From contig DAIDGT010000003.1 of assembly GCA_027459825.1 (NCBI GenBank), positions 1,277-65,276 of the forward strand: DNA of 64,000 nt. Direction: 5' to 3'. Positions 50,675 to 60,378 of the stretch are shown piece by piece; the stretch's first letter is position 1; each line of letters begins with the position of its first letter. The position numbers and the translations under genes are program-made. The stretch is from a bacterium. GTDB lineage: Bacteria > Patescibacteriota > Dojkabacteria > JAKAPS01 > JAJZLI01. The notes beneath the pieces were generated by a model. That model saw nothing but the letters and a program-made list of their open reading frames with translations, was not told the origin of the DNA and ran no database searches.

Positions 50675-51529
50675 ATGGATAATAACAATACTCTGACACC
50701 AAATCAGGAGTTCAAAGTTCCTGAGAAGAGTGATTCAAATACAGATGGCAGTAATGATATAGGTACTAATAACAATCCTAACTCAAGTATTCATATCTCT
50801 GATCCTTATGATTATATTCTCAATACTCATAAGGTTCATGAGGTAGAAGAGAAAAATAATGTATCTGGTAATTCATCTAACACTACTGTTAATGCTAATT
50901 TACAGGAAAGTGATCATCAACCTTTGAATACACCTCCTGTTCCCAATATAGATGAAATGTTTTCTAAGCCTCATCAGGTAAATTTAGAGAATACTACCTT
51001 TTCTGTGGATCCTGTGGTTAATCCCCCTAAAGTTGAGCCACAGGAACAAGTAATACCTACTCCTCCTGAAGATGTATACTCTTCTGTGAAGTCTTCTGGT
51101 CAAGGTAATAATACTGTTTTTAATGTTGAGAGTAGTAATAGAAGTAGTACTGCTGCTGTGTCTAATAGTTCAGGGTCAAGCGATTCTCTTATAGAGGAAG
51201 TTGATAGTATAAAATCGGAAAATGTAATAGCAGCTTCTTCATATATACTTGTATTTGATCTTGTTACTTTTGTCTTATCTTTAATAAGAAAAGATAAATT
51301 TTTGCAATTCAATTCTGTTCAAAGCATCTTTTTTAATTTAACTTTTGTTATTGTATTTATCTTATTTAGAGTTTTATCTGCGAATTTCTTGTCGTTCTTC
51401 TTTACACTATTGAATATAGCCTTGTTTATTGTATGGCTTGTTATGAGTATATTTTTAATGTATAAGGCGTATAATGGTGAAAAATTTTGTTTTTCATTTT
51501 TTGGAAGAATTGCTAATACCCTTTCTTAA
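50675..51529 (+). CDS. hypothetical membrane protein: low-complexity N-terminal half + DUF4870-like 3-TM C-terminus
   Basis: The N-terminal ~190 residues are N/S/P-rich. The C-terminus, AASSYILVFDLVTFVLSLIRKDKFLQFNSVQSIFFNL..., resembles DUF4870. Confidence 0.45.
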   Translation: MDNNNTLTPNQEFKVPEKSDSNTDGSNDIGTNNNPNSSIHISDPYDYILNTHKVHEVEEKNNVSGNSSNTTVNANLQESDHQPLNTPPVPNIDEMFSKPHQVNLENTTFSVDPVVNPPKVEPQEQVIPTPPEDVYSSVKSSGQGNNTVFNVESSNRSSTAAVSNSSGSSDSLIEEVDSIKSENVIAASSYILVFDLVTFVLSLIRKDKFLQFNSVQSIFFNLTFVIVFILFRVLSANFLSFFFTLLNIALFIVWLVMSIFLMYKAYNGEKFCFSFFGRIANTLS

Positions 51530-51588
51530 TTATTCCTATAGGATCATTTATTTTTTGATGTTTGATATAATGATAATCTAAATGATTT

Positions 51589-51661
51589 GACGACGTATCC
51601 GAGTTGGTTCAGGACGCGGTCTGCAAAACCGTATACATGGGTTCGAATCCCATCGTCGTCT
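51589..51661 (+). tRNA. tRNA-Cys (anticodon GCA)
   Basis: Hand-folded. Acceptor GACGACG/CGTCGTC, anticodon stem GCGGT/ACCGT with loop CTGCAAA, T arm ATGGG-TTCGAAT-CCCAT, discriminator T. No encoded CCA. Confidence 0.9.
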
Positions 51662-51676
51662 TTTTAGTAAATATAT

Positions 51677-53752
51677 ATGACAGGAAATGAAATCCGTAAA
51701 AAATTTATAGACTTTTTTATAAAACATAAGCATAAGTTGTTCCCATCGTCATCTCTTGTTCCTGATGACCCTACATTGCTTTTTACTACTGCCGGTATGG
51801 TTCAGATGATGCCTTATCTGTTAAGGCAGAAAGATGTATCTGAAAATCCGAGGGCATGTTCTGTACAAAAAAGCTTTAGAACAACAGATATTGATGATAT
51901 TGGAAACGATGGAAGACATCTGACTTTTTTTGAAATGTTAGGGTCTTGGTCATTTGGTGATTACTATAAGGAAGAGGCAATATCACTTGCCCTTGAACTG
52001 TTAGTTAAAGAATTTGGACTTTCTATGGATAAAATATGGGCAACTGTTTTTGCTGGTGATAGTAAAATACCTGAAGATACAGACTCGTATAATCATTGGG
52101 TTAGTGTTGGTCTTCCAAAAGAAAGGATAATAAAACTTGGTTGGAAGGATAACTTCTGGGGTCCCCCTGGTTTAGAGGGACCTTGTGGTCCTTCCACTGA
52201 AATTTATTATGATATGGGAAAAGAGGTAGGTTGTGGTAAGGAAACATGCGCACCAGGTTGTGATTGTGATAGGTTTATTGAGGTATGGAATGCTGGAGTC
52301 TTCATGGAATACTATAAAGATATGGATGGTAATTATAGTAGGCTTCCTTACACTAATGTTGATACGGGGGCTGGTCTTGAAAGATTAGTTACACTACTTC
52401 AAGGAAAGAAAAGTGTATTTGAAACTGATTTATTTGTACCTATTATCAGGAGCATTGAAAGTGTTTCTGGTAAAAGTTATGGCGATTATAAAAAACAGAT
52501 GAATATTATTGCTGATCATATAAAGGCATCCGTGTTTCTCATTATTGATGGAACATTTCCTTCAAATTTACATAGAGGATATGTTTTAAGGAGATTGATA
52601 AGGAGGGTTATGATCCAGATATATTCTATGAATCTTCCTTTAGATAATAGGGTTATGGAGACTGTTGTAGATGCTATTTCGGATATTTATGGAGTTGAGT
52701 ACAAAGAGATTAGTGAGAATAAGGATAGTGTAAAGTCTGTTTTAGGTAATGAAATTGAAAGTTTTGTAAAAGTACTGTCAAGGTCTTTTAAAGTTCTGGA
52801 TAAGGTTGTGGAGGACAATAAAATATCAGGTGATAGTATGTTTCTTTTACATGATACATATGGTCTTAATATAGAAATATTGAAAGATATACTAACTTCT
52901 CGTAATATTTCTTTCGATGATCAAGGTTTCCTAGATCTTATGAAAGTACAGAAGAGTAAATCTAAAATGTCTTCGTCTTTTACTTTGGGTAAAGAAATGG
53001 AGGTTGAGTATGGAGAACTTCCAAAAACTGAATTTGTAGGTTATTTGGATCTTACTGTTCCTGGAGGATCTGAAGTTCTCAAAGTTGTAGATATGCAAAA
53101 TTTTGTTAGTTTTGTTTTAGATAAAACTCCTTTTTATGCTGAAAGTGGTGGTCAGGTTGGAGATGTTGGTAAAGTTTTGGGGCATAACATTATTGTGAAT
53201 GTAAAAAGTGTGAAAAAAACAAAAAGTGGTGTATTTGTACATTTTGGTGAATACGAACATGAAAGTGAAAAATTAAAATCTGGAAATATAGTTGATCCTA
53301 TTGTTGACAAGAATGTTAGAGATAAAACTTCACATAACCATACTGCAGTGCATTTACTTTCATCTGCTTTGCATAAACTATTATCTGTAAAAATTGTGCA
53401 AAAAGGTTCATTTGTAGATCAAGATAGGCTTCGTTTTGATTTCTCTTTCGATAGACCTCTCACAGATGATGAGATAAAGAGTGTAGAGGTTATTGTAAAT
53501 GCAGAGATTAAGAAAGGTGATAAGATTGAAATAATAGAAACTACTCTTGATGACGCTCGTAGAATGGGTGTTAATCTTGCTTTTGAAGATAGATATGCAA
53601 ATGATGTACGAATTATTAAGATAGGTGATTTTTCTATGGAACTTTGTGGTGGAACGCATTTTGGATTTACTTCTGATCTTGGAACTTTTAAGATTGATAA
53701 ACAGGAATCTGCTGGACAAGGAATTAGAAGAATTAGGGCATCTCTTAATTAG
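51677..53752 (+). CDS. alaS: alanyl-tRNA synthetase, short form (catalytic + tRNA-recognition + editing domains; no C-Ala domain)
   Basis: N-terminus IRKKFIDFFIKHKHKLFPSSSLVPDDPTLLFTTAGMVQ, FFEMLGSWSFGDY, VWNAGVFMEY. Editing motifs HNHTAVHLL and CGGTH. The protein ends at GQGIRRIRASLN. Confidence 0.9.
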   Translation: MTGNEIRKKFIDFFIKHKHKLFPSSSLVPDDPTLLFTTAGMVQMMPYLLRQKDVSENPRACSVQKSFRTTDIDDIGNDGRHLTFFEMLGSWSFGDYYKEEAISLALELLVKEFGLSMDKIWATVFAGDSKIPEDTDSYNHWVSVGLPKERIIKLGWKDNFWGPPGLEGPCGPSTEIYYDMGKEVGCGKETCAPGCDCDRFIEVWNAGVFMEYYKDMDGNYSRLPYTNVDTGAGLERLVTLLQGKKSVFETDLFVPIIRSIESVSGKSYGDYKKQMNIIADHIKASVFLIIDGTFPSNLHRGYVLRRLIRRVMIQIYSMNLPLDNRVMETVVDAISDIYGVEYKEISENKDSVKSVLGNEIESFVKVLSRSFKVLDKVVEDNKISGDSMFLLHDTYGLNIEILKDILTSRNISFDDQGFLDLMKVQKSKSKMSSSFTLGKEMEVEYGELPKTEFVGYLDLTVPGGSEVLKVVDMQNFVSFVLDKTPFYAESGGQVGDVGKVLGHNIIVNVKSVKKTKSGVFVHFGEYEHESEKLKSGNIVDPIVDKNVRDKTSHNHTAVHLLSSALHKLLSVKIVQKGSFVDQDRLRFDFSFDRPLTDDEIKSVEVIVNAEIKKGDKIEIIETTLDDARRMGVNLAFEDRYANDVRIIKIGDFSMELCGGTHFGFTSDLGTFKIDKQESAGQGIRRIRASLN

Positions 53753-53764
53753 TAGTGATTTTTT

Positions 53765-54157
53765 ATGTATATACTAGGGATTGATTGGGGAGAAAAATAT
53801 ATAGGAATAGCACTTTCTGATAAGAATGGTAGAGTTGCTGGTCGATTTTCAGTAGAAAGGAACAATGATCAATTTTATCCATGGCTTAATAATCTTTTGG
53901 CTGAGTATGATATTTCTACTATAGTAGTTGGAATTCCTTTTGATGTATCAGGTGAAGAGAGTAGTATTGCATTAAATATACATGATTTCGTTAAGCCTTT
54001 TGAAAATAAATATAAAGTGGTATTCTGGAATGAGACACTAACTTCGAGGGAGTCTCAGTCTATAAGGGTAAAAAAAGGTGTTTCTAAGGGAAGATTAGAT
54101 GATTTATCTGCTCAACTTATCCTTCAAGAGTATCTTGATTACATGTCTTCACAATAA
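53765..54157 (+). CDS. ruvX: Holliday-junction-resolvase-like nuclease YqgF/RuvX
   Basis: ILGIDWGEKYIGIALSD start, IVVGIPFDVSGEES, DDLSAQLILQEYLD. Conserved alaS-ruvX-mltG order. Confidence 0.8.
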   Translation: MYILGIDWGEKYIGIALSDKNGRVAGRFSVERNNDQFYPWLNNLLAEYDISTIVVGIPFDVSGEESSIALNIHDFVKPFENKYKVVFWNETLTSRESQSIRVKKGVSKGRLDDLSAQLILQEYLDYMSSQ

Positions 54158-55215
54158 TGATTATAAAATATTATAAACTAATATCATTTTTGCTTTTTAT
54201 AGTATTAGTAGTTACTTCTTTTTTGATATATAAGAATGATATTTATTCGAAAAATAATATAAAATCTAGCTACGTAGATTTTAAAATCGCTGCAGGAGAT
54301 AGTGAAAGAACAGTAATATCAAAACTTTATTCTGATAAGTTAATCTCCTCTCCTTTTATGATGTCCATATATATGGATTTACATAATCCTCTATTTGTTT
54401 TCGATACTGGAATATATAGGATATATAAGGGTGAGAATGTTCCTCAAATGATAAGCACATTCAAAAAGGGATCATTCTATAAGCAACTTGATATTCCTTC
54501 AGGTTTAAGAATAGAAGAAGATGCTGCTTTGATTAGAAATGAGCTTGATGTTAATAATAAAGATTATAAATTTTCTGTATCAGAATATATTAATATTGCT
54601 CAAAATGATATTTCTTTATTTGAAAATGACTACTCTTTTATGAAATATATTCCTTCTGGTAGTTCTCTTGAAGGTTTTTTATATCCTGATACATACGATG
54701 TTCCATTAAATATAACTTCTGAGCAGATGATTAAAATGCAATTATCGTCTTTTGAAAAGAATGTTTTTGAAAAATATCGAAATGGGCTTTTGAATAATAG
54801 TGATGGCCTCTCTTTATATCAGACCATGATCATTGCTTCTGTTGTAAGGAGAGAAACTTTATATGATTCTGATAAACCTATTGTTGCGAATATTTTTATA
54901 AGGAGATTTACAAGTGGAATGGCTCTTCAATCAGATGCAACTGTTCAGTATGCATTAGGTTTTAATCAATCTGAGGGAACTTGGTGGACTCGAAATATTA
55001 CACCTTCTGATCTAGAAATTACTTCCCCATATAATACTAGGCTTTATCCGGGGTTGCCTCCAACACCTATTTGTTCTCCTGGATCTACATCAATTAATGC
55101 TACTATACACTCTGCACCTAATAGTTATTGGTATTTTGTCGCTGACTCATCAGGACATTTGCATTATGCATCAACTCTTGCTCAGCAAAATGCAAACATT
55201 TCAGAATATCTTTGA
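54157..55215 (+). CDS. mltG: endolytic murein transglycosylase MltG (YceG-like)
   Basis: N-terminal TM. SLEGFLYPDTY, IIASVVRRE, LQSDATVQY, YNTRLYPGLPPTPICSPG are the YceG signatures. Confidence 0.82.
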   Translation: MIIKYYKLISFLLFIVLVVTSFLIYKNDIYSKNNIKSSYVDFKIAAGDSERTVISKLYSDKLISSPFMMSIYMDLHNPLFVFDTGIYRIYKGENVPQMISTFKKGSFYKQLDIPSGLRIEEDAALIRNELDVNNKDYKFSVSEYINIAQNDISLFENDYSFMKYIPSGSSLEGFLYPDTYDVPLNITSEQMIKMQLSSFEKNVFEKYRNGLLNNSDGLSLYQTMIIASVVRRETLYDSDKPIVANIFIRRFTSGMALQSDATVQYALGFNQSEGTWWTRNITPSDLEITSPYNTRLYPGLPPTPICSPGSTSINATIHSAPNSYWYFVADSSGHLHYASTLAQQNANISEYL

Positions 55216-55259
55216 CCTCAATTGAAAAAAAATCTTAAGAATACTATTATGAAATAAGT

Positions 55260-56210
55260 ATGTCAAAAGATTTTGAAAAGTACTTCTCCTCGTTTAAGAA
55301 AGAGGGCATCCTTGTTATATCAGCTATTGTGCTTGTTGTATTTGTAGTAATATTTTTATTTATTCCAAATATTCAATATATTGGTGGTCTTTTTGGATTT
55401 GGACCCAAAATAGTTGCTAAGGTTAATGGAAATTCCTTAAGTTTACAGAATCTTATTAGTTATAATTGTAATAGGTATGCTATCTACAATACTTCTTGTA
55501 CTACTAACTATAAAGGGGAATTATCAAATTTTGTGGCTTATACAGTGGAATACAATTATCTTTCCTCTCATAAAGATTTACCAACAAAACAGGATGTTTA
55601 TGCTGCAGCTTATGGCCCTAATACTCCTTGGCAAGTAAGTTTTATTACGAAAGGTGCAAACCAGATTTATAACTATTATTTCCAAAAATTAGTAACCTCA
55701 AAAATAGAGAATATGTTAGTAAAAAGTTATACAGGTACAGAATTTATTACTAATTATGGTTGGAGATATCTAGGAGGAGATAATCCTTCCTTTAACGATA
55801 AAAAAAGTCAGGCGTATAGTACAATAGATAATTGGTACAAAATTATTGATATAAAAACTATAGCTCCTATTACAGAATCTTCTGCATTTAAATCTCTTTT
55901 TACAGATGCATCTTCGTATTCGCAGAATAATGTTAATAAAGCATTTGTAATTAATTACTCTGGTCTTACTGAAGACAATTATGCTCTAAAAATTTTTGCT
56001 CCTAATACTCAGGTGTTAGATACCATTGAATCTATTTCTTCTGGGTCTAAATCTTCTGTAGAAAATTATTATCTAAGTCAGCCAAAAGTTCCAGGTGGCT
56101 ATACAGGATATTATTATTTTATTGTCCAGAAAAGTGTATCTGGTAAATATAATAGCGTAAGTAGTATGATCTCCAAACTTGAATCTAATTCTAGTATAAT
56201 AACTTACTAA
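55260..56210 (+). CDS. membrane-anchored extracytoplasmic protein (N-terminus resembles the SurA/PpiD N-domain start)
   Basis: TM ILVISAIVLVVFVVIFLFI followed by KIVAKVNGNSLSLQNLISY. The remainder is unrecognised. Confidence 0.35.
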   Translation: MSKDFEKYFSSFKKEGILVISAIVLVVFVVIFLFIPNIQYIGGLFGFGPKIVAKVNGNSLSLQNLISYNCNRYAIYNTSCTTNYKGELSNFVAYTVEYNYLSSHKDLPTKQDVYAAAYGPNTPWQVSFITKGANQIYNYYFQKLVTSKIENMLVKSYTGTEFITNYGWRYLGGDNPSFNDKKSQAYSTIDNWYKIIDIKTIAPITESSAFKSLFTDASSYSQNNVNKAFVINYSGLTEDNYALKIFAPNTQVLDTIESISSGSKSSVENYYLSQPKVPGGYTGYYYFIVQKSVSGKYNSVSSMISKLESNSSIITY

Positions 56211-57862
56211 TGTTAATAAATTTAAATTTAACAAGAAAATTGATATTATCGCTGCCTATTTTATTGATAATGTTTGTTTTGTTTGTTATTCATGTTCATG
56301 CTGCTACTACTTATTATCCTGGTAGTAATTGTAATTTTACAAATGGCACTTCTGACTGTTATGAAACTACTAGTGGTCAGGGTGCTCCTACCACAATTAC
56401 TAGTAACTTTGCAGGTTTTTATCTAAATTTTGCTAAAGAAAGTTATATCAATGGGGTATCTATTGGATCTGTCCCAGTTTCCAGTGCAAACTTCTCATTG
56501 CAAGGTTCTGAGTATACAGGACAATCTTCATTTGGAAGCTCAACAGAAACATGGGGTCCTACATATAACTTATGGAATAACAATGGAGGGACTTATTTGT
56601 GGGAGTATGGGAGTAATGGAGTTGTTAATTCAAGTGTCGGATATGGTCCATCATACCCCACTCCTCCTGGTGAAGCTTCTTGTCAATATTATGAAATAGA
56701 TAGTTCATGTACTGCAGGTGGCTATCCTTATCCTGTGACAGATACAAGTGGTAATTATACTCTATCTGTTGCTCAAAGCCAGCTTGACTGTGCATTTAAT
56801 TATTTTCAATTACAAATAACAGTACCTTCAGGGACAGTTCCTTCTGGTTATACTGTATCAGGAGTCAAAGCTGGAGAATTTTTTGGTACTAATGGAAGCA
56901 CTGTTCCTCTATCGGCTACTATTTCTGGAAATGTTATAACTGTATCTGGGATTGTGTTAAATAACAATGTTATTAATTCAATAAGTGTTACTCTTGATAT
57001 TTCTACTAATAATACATGTCAATTACAATTGTCATCTAATAACTATAATCCTAAGACAGGGCAGTCCATAACACTTACTGCTACACTCTCAGGTAGCAAT
57101 GTTGGAAATCAATATATTGTAGTAGATGATACTATGGGGTCTTATGTAACTCCAGGTTATACTTATGCTTTAACTAATAGTTCTGGCGTGGCCACATTTA
57201 CTGAAACAGATAGCCATGCTGAAAGCGTGAATTTTATTGCATTGGCTAGTCAATGTAATTCTCCAACTGTGACCGTTTCATGGGGTACAAGTACTACTTC
57301 TTGTCAGATTACATTAAATACTTCAACAAAGAGTCCTCAGCTTGGTACAGATTTGGTAATTAATGTTTACTATACGCCTGTAAATGCTCCTCTCCTTGGT
57401 GTACAGCTATCTGCTTCTTCATCACCTTCAGGAAATAGTTCGTATTTTGTTCTTGGTTCTAATACAACTACAGTTGCATATAGTTCAACCGAAAGTCAGG
57501 CTTCCTTTACTGTGTATGATCCAGTGCAGGAGAATGTTACATATACAGTATCTTCTGCTCAAAGTCCAAATTGTAGTTCTAGTATAACTATAAATTGGTC
57601 TTATGGTGCAGCATCTTGTATTAATAGTAATTGTGCTCCAAACCAACCTGTATGTGTTAGAAGTCAGCATCAACAGTTATATGTTAATGGAAGCGTAATT
57701 GCATATGGAAAAATACAGGATGGTAGAGATTTAGGAGGATGTGATCCTTGGTATCCTGCAACTCAGGTTGTATTTAATCCTGCATATGTGTCTATTTATA
57801 ATATAACCTTTTTGAAATTTATTGATCGTAATTTACAGAAGTGGGAAGAGGTAGGTATCTAA
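56210..57862 (+). CDS. secreted Cys-containing, S/T-rich protein
   Basis: Signal peptide ending VHA/ATT. 550 aa, beta-rich composition. 1-nt start/stop overlap with the upstream gene. Confidence 0.45.
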   Translation: MLINLNLTRKLILSLPILLIMFVLFVIHVHAATTYYPGSNCNFTNGTSDCYETTSGQGAPTTITSNFAGFYLNFAKESYINGVSIGSVPVSSANFSLQGSEYTGQSSFGSSTETWGPTYNLWNNNGGTYLWEYGSNGVVNSSVGYGPSYPTPPGEASCQYYEIDSSCTAGGYPYPVTDTSGNYTLSVAQSQLDCAFNYFQLQITVPSGTVPSGYTVSGVKAGEFFGTNGSTVPLSATISGNVITVSGIVLNNNVINSISVTLDISTNNTCQLQLSSNNYNPKTGQSITLTATLSGSNVGNQYIVVDDTMGSYVTPGYTYALTNSSGVATFTETDSHAESVNFIALASQCNSPTVTVSWGTSTTSCQITLNTSTKSPQLGTDLVINVYYTPVNAPLLGVQLSASSSPSGNSSYFVLGSNTTTVAYSSTESQASFTVYDPVQENVTYTVSSAQSPNCSSSITINWSYGAASCINSNCAPNQPVCVRSQHQQLYVNGSVIAYGKIQDGRDLGGCDPWYPATQVVFNPAYVSIYNITFLKFIDRNLQKWEEVGI

Positions 57863-57866
57863 TTTA

Positions 57867-57895
57867 TTGACAAGTTTTTTTATTAAAGATATATT
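57867..57895 (+). promoter_or_regulatory. candidate sigma-70 promoter for the LPXTG-protein gene
   Basis: TTGACA (57867..57872), 17-nt spacer, TATATT (57890..57895). This would give a very short leader before ATG 57909. The AT-rich background lowers confidence. Confidence 0.3.
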
Positions 57896-57908
57896 AAATA
57901 TGTAAAGT

Positions 57909-59015
57909 ATGAATCCACTTAATAATAGTAATACAAGTCAGACGAATTCTTCTAAACCTCCAGAAAATGTTGGTAGTGCTGATACTGCAAATCTGGAAAA
58001 AAATGTTGAGAAAAAGAAAAATGTTACTTTACAAATTTTGACTATTGTAGGCGTTCTTCTTGCTTTAGGGATTATTGCATTAATTATAATAAGTGCAAAT
58101 AATTCATCAAATCTTTTTGGGAATATAAGTAAATTATTTTCTGGTAAAAATTCGTCATCTACTAGTAGTAATACTACTACATCATCAAATAAAACCATTG
58201 TTGCACCACTTGCCTCACTTAGTATGACATGTGGTTCAGCTGGACAAATTAACATTGCCTGGAAGGCTGCACCTAATACATCATCTTCTTATTCTGTTGA
58301 TGGGTATATTACAGATACTGTATCAAAAAGTAGGGTGTACACCTTCTCTCCAGAGTATGTGAATTCTTCTGGTGGTACGTTTGTCTGGACAGGTGCAAAT
58401 TATAAAGATAACTACTCTGCTACTGCTTGGGTACAATCATCTACAGGGGTTGAATCATCTCCTATAACTAGTGCTATATTAAATTCTTCTACTTGTAGTT
58501 CTAAAACTGTCGCAGTAACTGTTGGTACACTTTCTTGTAATAATTTTGCTGTAACCCAAAATGGAGCTTCTGGTACAACATTTACTGCAGGTTCTTCTGC
58601 TCCTGTTGAAATTGTTTCTGGTATAAAAGATTCTATATCAACTGCTAAACTAGATTATTCAAAAGCTTCATGGAGTGTGTCTCCTACATCAGGTACACTG
58701 ACACCTTCTAGTTCAGGAAACAGTGCTTCATGGGAAGTTCCTTCTACCATATCTGGTACTTCTGAGAAATTTACCATATCGCTTTCAGGTGTTACTGATA
58801 ATACTGGTGCAAAGTTATCTACTCCTTGTACTGTAATATTAACTGTAGATGCAGCATCTACAACAGTTTTACCAAATACGGGGTTTGATGTACCTACATA
58901 CATGTTAATTGCTGTTGGGTTTATACTCCTTATAATTGGGTTGATATATTCTTACTTTACAGATATGATTTCTCTTAATATCCATAAGAAAAAAATTGTG
59001 AAGAGATTTAGATAG
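57909..59015 (+). CDS. LPXTG-type cell-wall-anchored surface protein
   Basis: C-terminal sorting signal LPNTG (58869..58883), then a hydrophobic helix and a basic tail HKKKIVKRFR. N-terminal TM/signal anchor. S/T-rich Ig-like body. Confidence 0.65.
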   Translation: MNPLNNSNTSQTNSSKPPENVGSADTANLEKNVEKKKNVTLQILTIVGVLLALGIIALIIISANNSSNLFGNISKLFSGKNSSSTSSNTTTSSNKTIVAPLASLSMTCGSAGQINIAWKAAPNTSSSYSVDGYITDTVSKSRVYTFSPEYVNSSGGTFVWTGANYKDNYSATAWVQSSTGVESSPITSAILNSSTCSSKTVAVTVGTLSCNNFAVTQNGASGTTFTAGSSAPVEIVSGIKDSISTAKLDYSKASWSVSPTSGTLTPSSSGNSASWEVPSTISGTSEKFTISLSGVTDNTGAKLSTPCTVILTVDAASTTVLPNTGFDVPTYMLIAVGFILLIIGLIYSYFTDMISLNIHKKKIVKRFR

Positions 59016-59877
59016 AGGTTATAAGCATAGGAAGACTGATATCTATATCGATTTCTCCCCTATTAGTTGCTGTATTTAGGTTTATAATTTTGTGAAAAAT
59101 TGTTTTTAACTTTTCCTGAGAGTATGTGCCTGTAACATTTTTTATTTTTGATATTGTAAAATCAGATATTTTTGAACCTGTAGCTTTAAAAATATTGTTT
59201 TTGATTTGATTTGAATTATACCCTTTCTCTATTTGTATTTTTATAAGGAGCATCATTTTTACTTGCCATGCTATGATAGATGATATTCCTCTAGAATCTT
59301 CTCCTGTTTCTTTCAGTTTTAAATATTCTATCATCGCCTTTTTCTTTTCCCTTTTGACTATTGCATCTGTTAAATTCCATATTAGAGACTGTGTCTCGTA
59401 AGATAAAATTTCTTTAATCTCTCGTATATCTGAGATTTCTTTTTTTGGAGCTATAAAATTAATGCACTTGTTTATTTCCTGTTTGAGCATCATCCTATTT
59501 TCTCCTACTATCTCTATAATTTGCCTTATGGTATTTGCTGTAATTTTTATTCCTTTCTTGCTAAAAATTGTGTTTATATACTTCTCTATGTTTTCTTGTT
59601 TTAACTGAGTGGCTTTTAATTTACTTTTTGGAGGTAGGTATACATAGATTAGATCATCTGTTTTTATATCTTTTAACTTACTAAGTATAGTCTTGGGATT
59701 TTTTAGAATAAATACTCTTATGTCTTCAAATATATTTAGATTTTCCAGTTCTTCTAATATTTTATTTATACCTATTTCTTCTTCATCTAATACATTAATT
59801 TTTAAATTTTCACCTTGTTTCTCTTGTATGTAGTTTTTTATATCATCTATGTATTCTGCTTTTATATATTCTATCAT
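59008..59877 (-). CDS. holA: probable DNA polymerase III delta subunit
   Basis: The size, the helical composition and the pattern ...LFEDIRVFILKNP... / ...LIWNLTDAIVKREKKKA... are consistent with HolA. The sequence is divergent. Confidence 0.45.
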   Translation of the reverse strand: MIEYIKAEYIDDIKNYIQEKQGENLKINVLDEEEIGINKILEELENLNIFEDIRVFILKNPKTILSKLKDIKTDDLIYVYLPPKSKLKATQLKQENIEKYINTIFSKKGIKITANTIRQIIEIVGENRMMLKQEINKCINFIAPKKEISDIREIKEILSYETQSLIWNLTDAIVKREKKKAMIEYLKLKETGEDSRGISSIIAWQVKMMLLIKIQIEKGYNSNQIKNNIFKATGSKISDFTISKIKNVTGTYSQEKLKTIFHKIINLNTATNRGEIDIDISLPMLITSI

Positions 59878-60284
59878 GCTACTTTTGCATCCAGTATTAT
59901 ATTTACCATTTTGTCTGCAATACTATTTTTTTCTCTTTCTACATATGTTAATGTTGCGCTTTTGTATCTTTTCATTAAATCTCTTATTTTATCAACCTTT
60001 ATCTTAAGGGATGCATCTTTTATTTGAAATAAACCGTTTACTTGATTTACCATTAAATTACTATCTGAATAGCAATCTATTTCTGTAATTTTATTTTTTA
60101 GTCCAAGTTCAAGACCAGCTATAAGGCCTGAAAATTCTGCTTGATTGTTTGTAAGTACTCCTATGTACTTACCATGGAAATCTATCAGTTTATTATTTTT
60201 ATCATAGATGAAAACACCGTAAGCTGCATTACCTGGGTTCCCTCTTGATCCTGCGTCTGTAAAAAGTCTAAATCTTTCTGCCAT
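59874..60284 (-). CDS. rnhA: ribonuclease HI-family protein
   Basis: LFTDAGSRGNPGNAAYGV (catalytic D), NNQAEFSGLIAGLE (catalytic E), YSDSNLMVNQ (D), NSIADKM (D). Confidence 0.75.
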   Translation of the reverse strand: MAERFRLFTDAGSRGNPGNAAYGVFIYDKNNKLIDFHGKYIGVLTNNQAEFSGLIAGLELGLKNKITEIDCYSDSNLMVNQVNGLFQIKDASLKIKVDKIRDLMKRYKSATLTYVEREKNSIADKMVNIILDAKVA

Positions 60285-60378
60285 AATATGACCAATATAT
60301 TACCCTTTATATCAATATATTTCAATAATTTTTTTGTATATTGCAAACATTTTATATAATGATTAATATAAATAAGGT

